From: Callorhinchus milii | Taxonomy: Eukaryota | NCBI RefSeq assembly: GCF_018977255.1 | Contig: NW_024704742.1 | Location: 15,812,001 to 15,876,000, forward strand | Direction of reading: 5' to 3' | DNA: 64,000 bases | Shown: positions 60,885-64,000 of the stretch, piece after piece | Layout of the letters: each line of letters begins with the position of its first letter | How positions within the stretch are numbered: position 1 is the first letter of the stretch | Translations under genes and position numbers: made by a program | The notes under the pieces: model-generated | Seen by the model: only the letters and a program-made list of their open reading frames with translations | Told to the model about the DNA's origin: nothing | Database searches by the model: none

Positions 60885-63493
60885 CTGTTTCAAATCCACC
60901 AGAGTAGGATAAGTACAGTCAATTAACCTTCTCTACCTTGTCCTCCCTTCCCTCCCAGTCTCCGGCACCTAAGCCATGACCATCTCCCACCTCTCCCCCT
61001 CCCCCCTTGCGCTGTCTCCTGTAGCCCGCAGGCTGATGCTCTATCCGCTACTCCCACTCTGTCCTTCTCTCCCACCGCCTCCCTCGCTTTCTCTCTCTCC
61101 ACCATTACCTCCCTCTGCTCCAGCCTGGACATCCTCCGCCAGACCCAGCGTGGCTCTCGGCATTGGTTGTCCCAGAGCAGTTACCCCAACTGTCCCATCA
61201 CTCACTCTCTCCGCACCAACCGCCTCCGAAACATAAACACCCCTTCTCCCTCCCTCATCCATACCCTCTCCAACACTCCCCCCTCCTCAAACTCCACAGT
61301 CATCTCTCCCCCACAACCCCAAATCCTCTCCATACCATTCTCTCCTCCATCCCCCCCCCCTCACCAAAAAAACATCCGCATTTCCCTACAAAATGTCTGC
61401 TCCATTTCCAATAAAGCCATCACTATCCATGACCTCATCCTGGATGAGCACATGGATATTCTTGGGCTTAGGGAAACCTGTCTCTCCCCCGGTGACCCTG
61501 TCCCTCTCGTTGAAGCCTCCCCTCCTGGCTACACCTTTCACCACACCCCCCCACCACCCCCCACATGCCCAAACCAACGAAGCGGCGGGATGGCCCTCAT
61601 CTCCCAAGCTTCCCTCGATCTACCCCTTTATTCCTCTGGCTGCTTCTCCTCATTTGAACACCTCACCCTCTACCATCCTTCCTCTCTCTCACTCAAAATA
61701 CTCCCGGTTTACTGCCCCACAAAACCCCCTGGCTCCTTCGACTCCGATATCTCCATTCTCCTTTCAGCCCTTTCCCACTGCTCAGATCGCCTGCTCATAA
61801 TGAGCGACTTCAACCTCCACCTAAACCTCCACCTGGACCACTTCCTCATCTCCTTCTCCTCTCCCATCCCTTTCCCCTCCATCAAGCCCTCAACCATATT
61901 ATTCCACCCATGGAAAAGGTTTCCCCCTGAGACCCTCAAAAAGGTCCTCCCATCTTCAGGCCTCCTATCGCTCGGGCCTTCCATCCGCAGCAACCCTGAA
62001 GCTGCCTTCAAGGTGTTCCATGATCGCCTCTCCTCCACCTTCAACTCCCTTGTCCAAGATGTCTCCAAACCCACTCGCTACCCTGGTACAACAACTATCT
62101 CCGCTCCCTAAAATCCCAAACCGGCTGCTCGTGCGCAGGTGGCAGAAAAACAGCCTCATGGTTCACCACCAGCTGTGGCTCGAGCATCTTCATACCTACC
62201 ACCGCTCCCTGTCGCAAGCAAAAACTGTGCACTACTCAAACATCATACCAGAGGCCAACAATAACTCCAAAATCCTATTCTCCACCGCCCATCACCTCCT
62301 CCGTGTGCTCCCTCAATTCTCAATCATCACATCTAACGCCAAGTGCGAAGAGGTCATGGACTTCCTTACCTCTAAAATTGACAACATCTGCCTCGCAGCT
62401 TTATCCTTATGCCCCGTGTCGCCTACCACCACCTCCATTCTGTTTCCCTCACCTACCCTACCCTCAGCTCCTACCACTGCCCCCATCTCTCCTTCCTCCC
62501 TCTCATCCACCACCACCACAATGAAACCCATCACTTGCTGCCTTGACTCCCTCCCCACCCAAGTGCTGATCACCCTGCTCCCCCTCCTCTGCCCACTGCT
62601 GGCAGACACTATTAACCAGTCTCTGTCCTCAGGATGAGTCCCACTTCCCCTCAAAACTGCGGTCATCACCCTCTTCCTTAAACAACTTACCCTCGATCCC
62701 TCCAACCTCGACTACTACCGTCTGTCCCATGGTTCTGACCTCCTCAACCTATGCGACCCATCCGTAAAAATCTCCGAACCCATGCGCAACTTAGGCATCA
62801 GGTTCGCTCTCCAGTTATCCTTCCTCCGCCACATCCGGTACCTGACCAGCACCGCTTTCTTCTACTTTCGCCACATTGCCCGTCTCTGACAATACCTCAC
62901 CACAAAAAGCTGCCAAAGCTCTTGTCCATGCCTTTGTCACCTCTTGGCTGAACTACTCTAATGCCTTCCTCGCCGATCTTCCCTCCTCCACTATTCACAC
63001 AATTCAGCTCATTCAAAATTCTGCCGCCCGCATTCTCACCCGTACCAAATTCCGCACACCAATTACTCCAGTTCTTGCCAAATTCCACTGTCTCCCTGTC
63101 ACCGAGTGGATTGACTTAAAGATCCTCACTCTAGTGTTTAAATCCCTCCATTCTTTGGCAGCCCCCCTATCTCTCTAACCTCCTCTCTCCCCACAGCAGT
63201 ACCCGATGCCTCCACTCTACTGGGTCCAGCCTCCTCTGTGTCCCCTGAATCCTCTGCTCCACCATTAGCGGCCGTGTCTTCAGCCACTATGCCCCGAACT
63301 TTGGAACTCCCTCCCTCAACTCCTTGCCTCGCCCCTTCCTTCCCCATCTTCAGGTCGGGCCTGAAGACCTTACTCGACCACGCCTGTGCTTACTATCCCC
63401 CTCCCCCTGGCTCGGCCTCAGGCTCCGCCATTGTTAAGAACTCTGAGACACCACCTGGCATAGAGGTCGCTATATAAATGCAAGTCGTTGTTG
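60885..63493 (+). mobile_element. L2 LINE derivative with endonuclease region and 3' tail but no RT core
   Basis: ORF 61167-62111 has APE motifs (LQNVCSI, LGLRETCL, SGGMAL, YCP, SDFNLH, DHFLI); LDPSNLDYYR at about 62690-62720 is joined to post-RT MRNLG...LVHAFVTSWLNYSN; tail gctatataaatgcaagtc(gtt)n. Confidence 0.9.
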
Positions 63494-63552
63494 TTGAACT
63501 CACTGCCTTCTGACTCAAAGGCCAGAGTGTTACCAACTGAGCCAGGTTGACT
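63494..63552 (-). mobile_element. Displaced head of the family-A SINE split by the L2
   Basis: ttgaactcactgccttctgactcaaaggccagagtgttaccaactgagccaggttgac. Confidence 0.8.
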
Positions 63553-64000
63553 ATGAATTGAGCCAGGAAAGAGAGAGAGATTGAAGCTGTGGGGGGGATG
63601 GGAAGTGGGGGACATCAGTGCTAGGAGTATCAGGTTAGGTGCTGATTTGTGGAGCTGTGTGCAAGACTCCTTTGACCTTGTGTAGTATGGGATTCAAAGC
63701 TTTGATCAAGAGGCCAATGATCAGAATATAAATGTTTCACATCTGCATTAAAATAATGGAAAATTCTAGGGTGAGGCAACTGTATTGCCTGATTACAGAG
63801 GGTGGTCCATGTAGCATGACTTCAGATTACTTTAAATCTATTTACTTTGTGATCATTTCAAGAAGATATGATCCCACATGCTGCTTCTATTTTGTATTTA
63901 GATCTTGTTCTGATTGTTCCATTTGTCGGATTCCATAGTAACAGACTGTTCAGCAGATAACTTCTCCTGGGCCAAAAGCAAACAAATTATCAGGTATAGT

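Noticed and set aside
61167..62111. 314-aa host protein
   Set aside because: It is the L2 endonuclease region; the overlapping Pro/Ser-rich and antisense ORFs are by-products of C-rich L2 sequence.

Overview
Eukaryotic, AT-rich, repeat-dense genomic DNA with no protein-coding host gene that I can recognise; it reads as intergenic or deep-intronic. The repeat repertoire (CR1 with shark-type 3' tails, L2, L2-tailed tRNA-derived SINEs, LF-SINE-like remnants, Penelope-type hairpins) suggests a cartilaginous fish, possibly a chimaera/elephant-shark lineage (inference). Main content: a decayed, apparently full-length CR1 LINE (3.6-7.9 kb; zinc-finger/esterase ORF1 plus APE-RT ORF2); many CR1 3' stubs; several L2 copies, including a 2.6-kb internally deleted one; two tRNA-derived SINE families sharing a 3' body and an L2 tail; a truncated Buster/SPIN-like hAT transposon; pogo-like MITEs; and an unclassified long-TIR MITE family. 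Highlights are a composite non-autonomous Helitron with canonical termini and an internal minisatellite (20530-21194), palindromic Penelope-like elements carrying a minimal hammerhead-ribozyme core (19.3-19.7 kb and 29.5-29.8 kb), and a perfect 31-bp-arm hairpin (17640-17710). Most ORFs in the supplied track are TE fragments or chance ORFs. All family assignments are by eye from remembered motifs, and boundaries of old copies are approximate.
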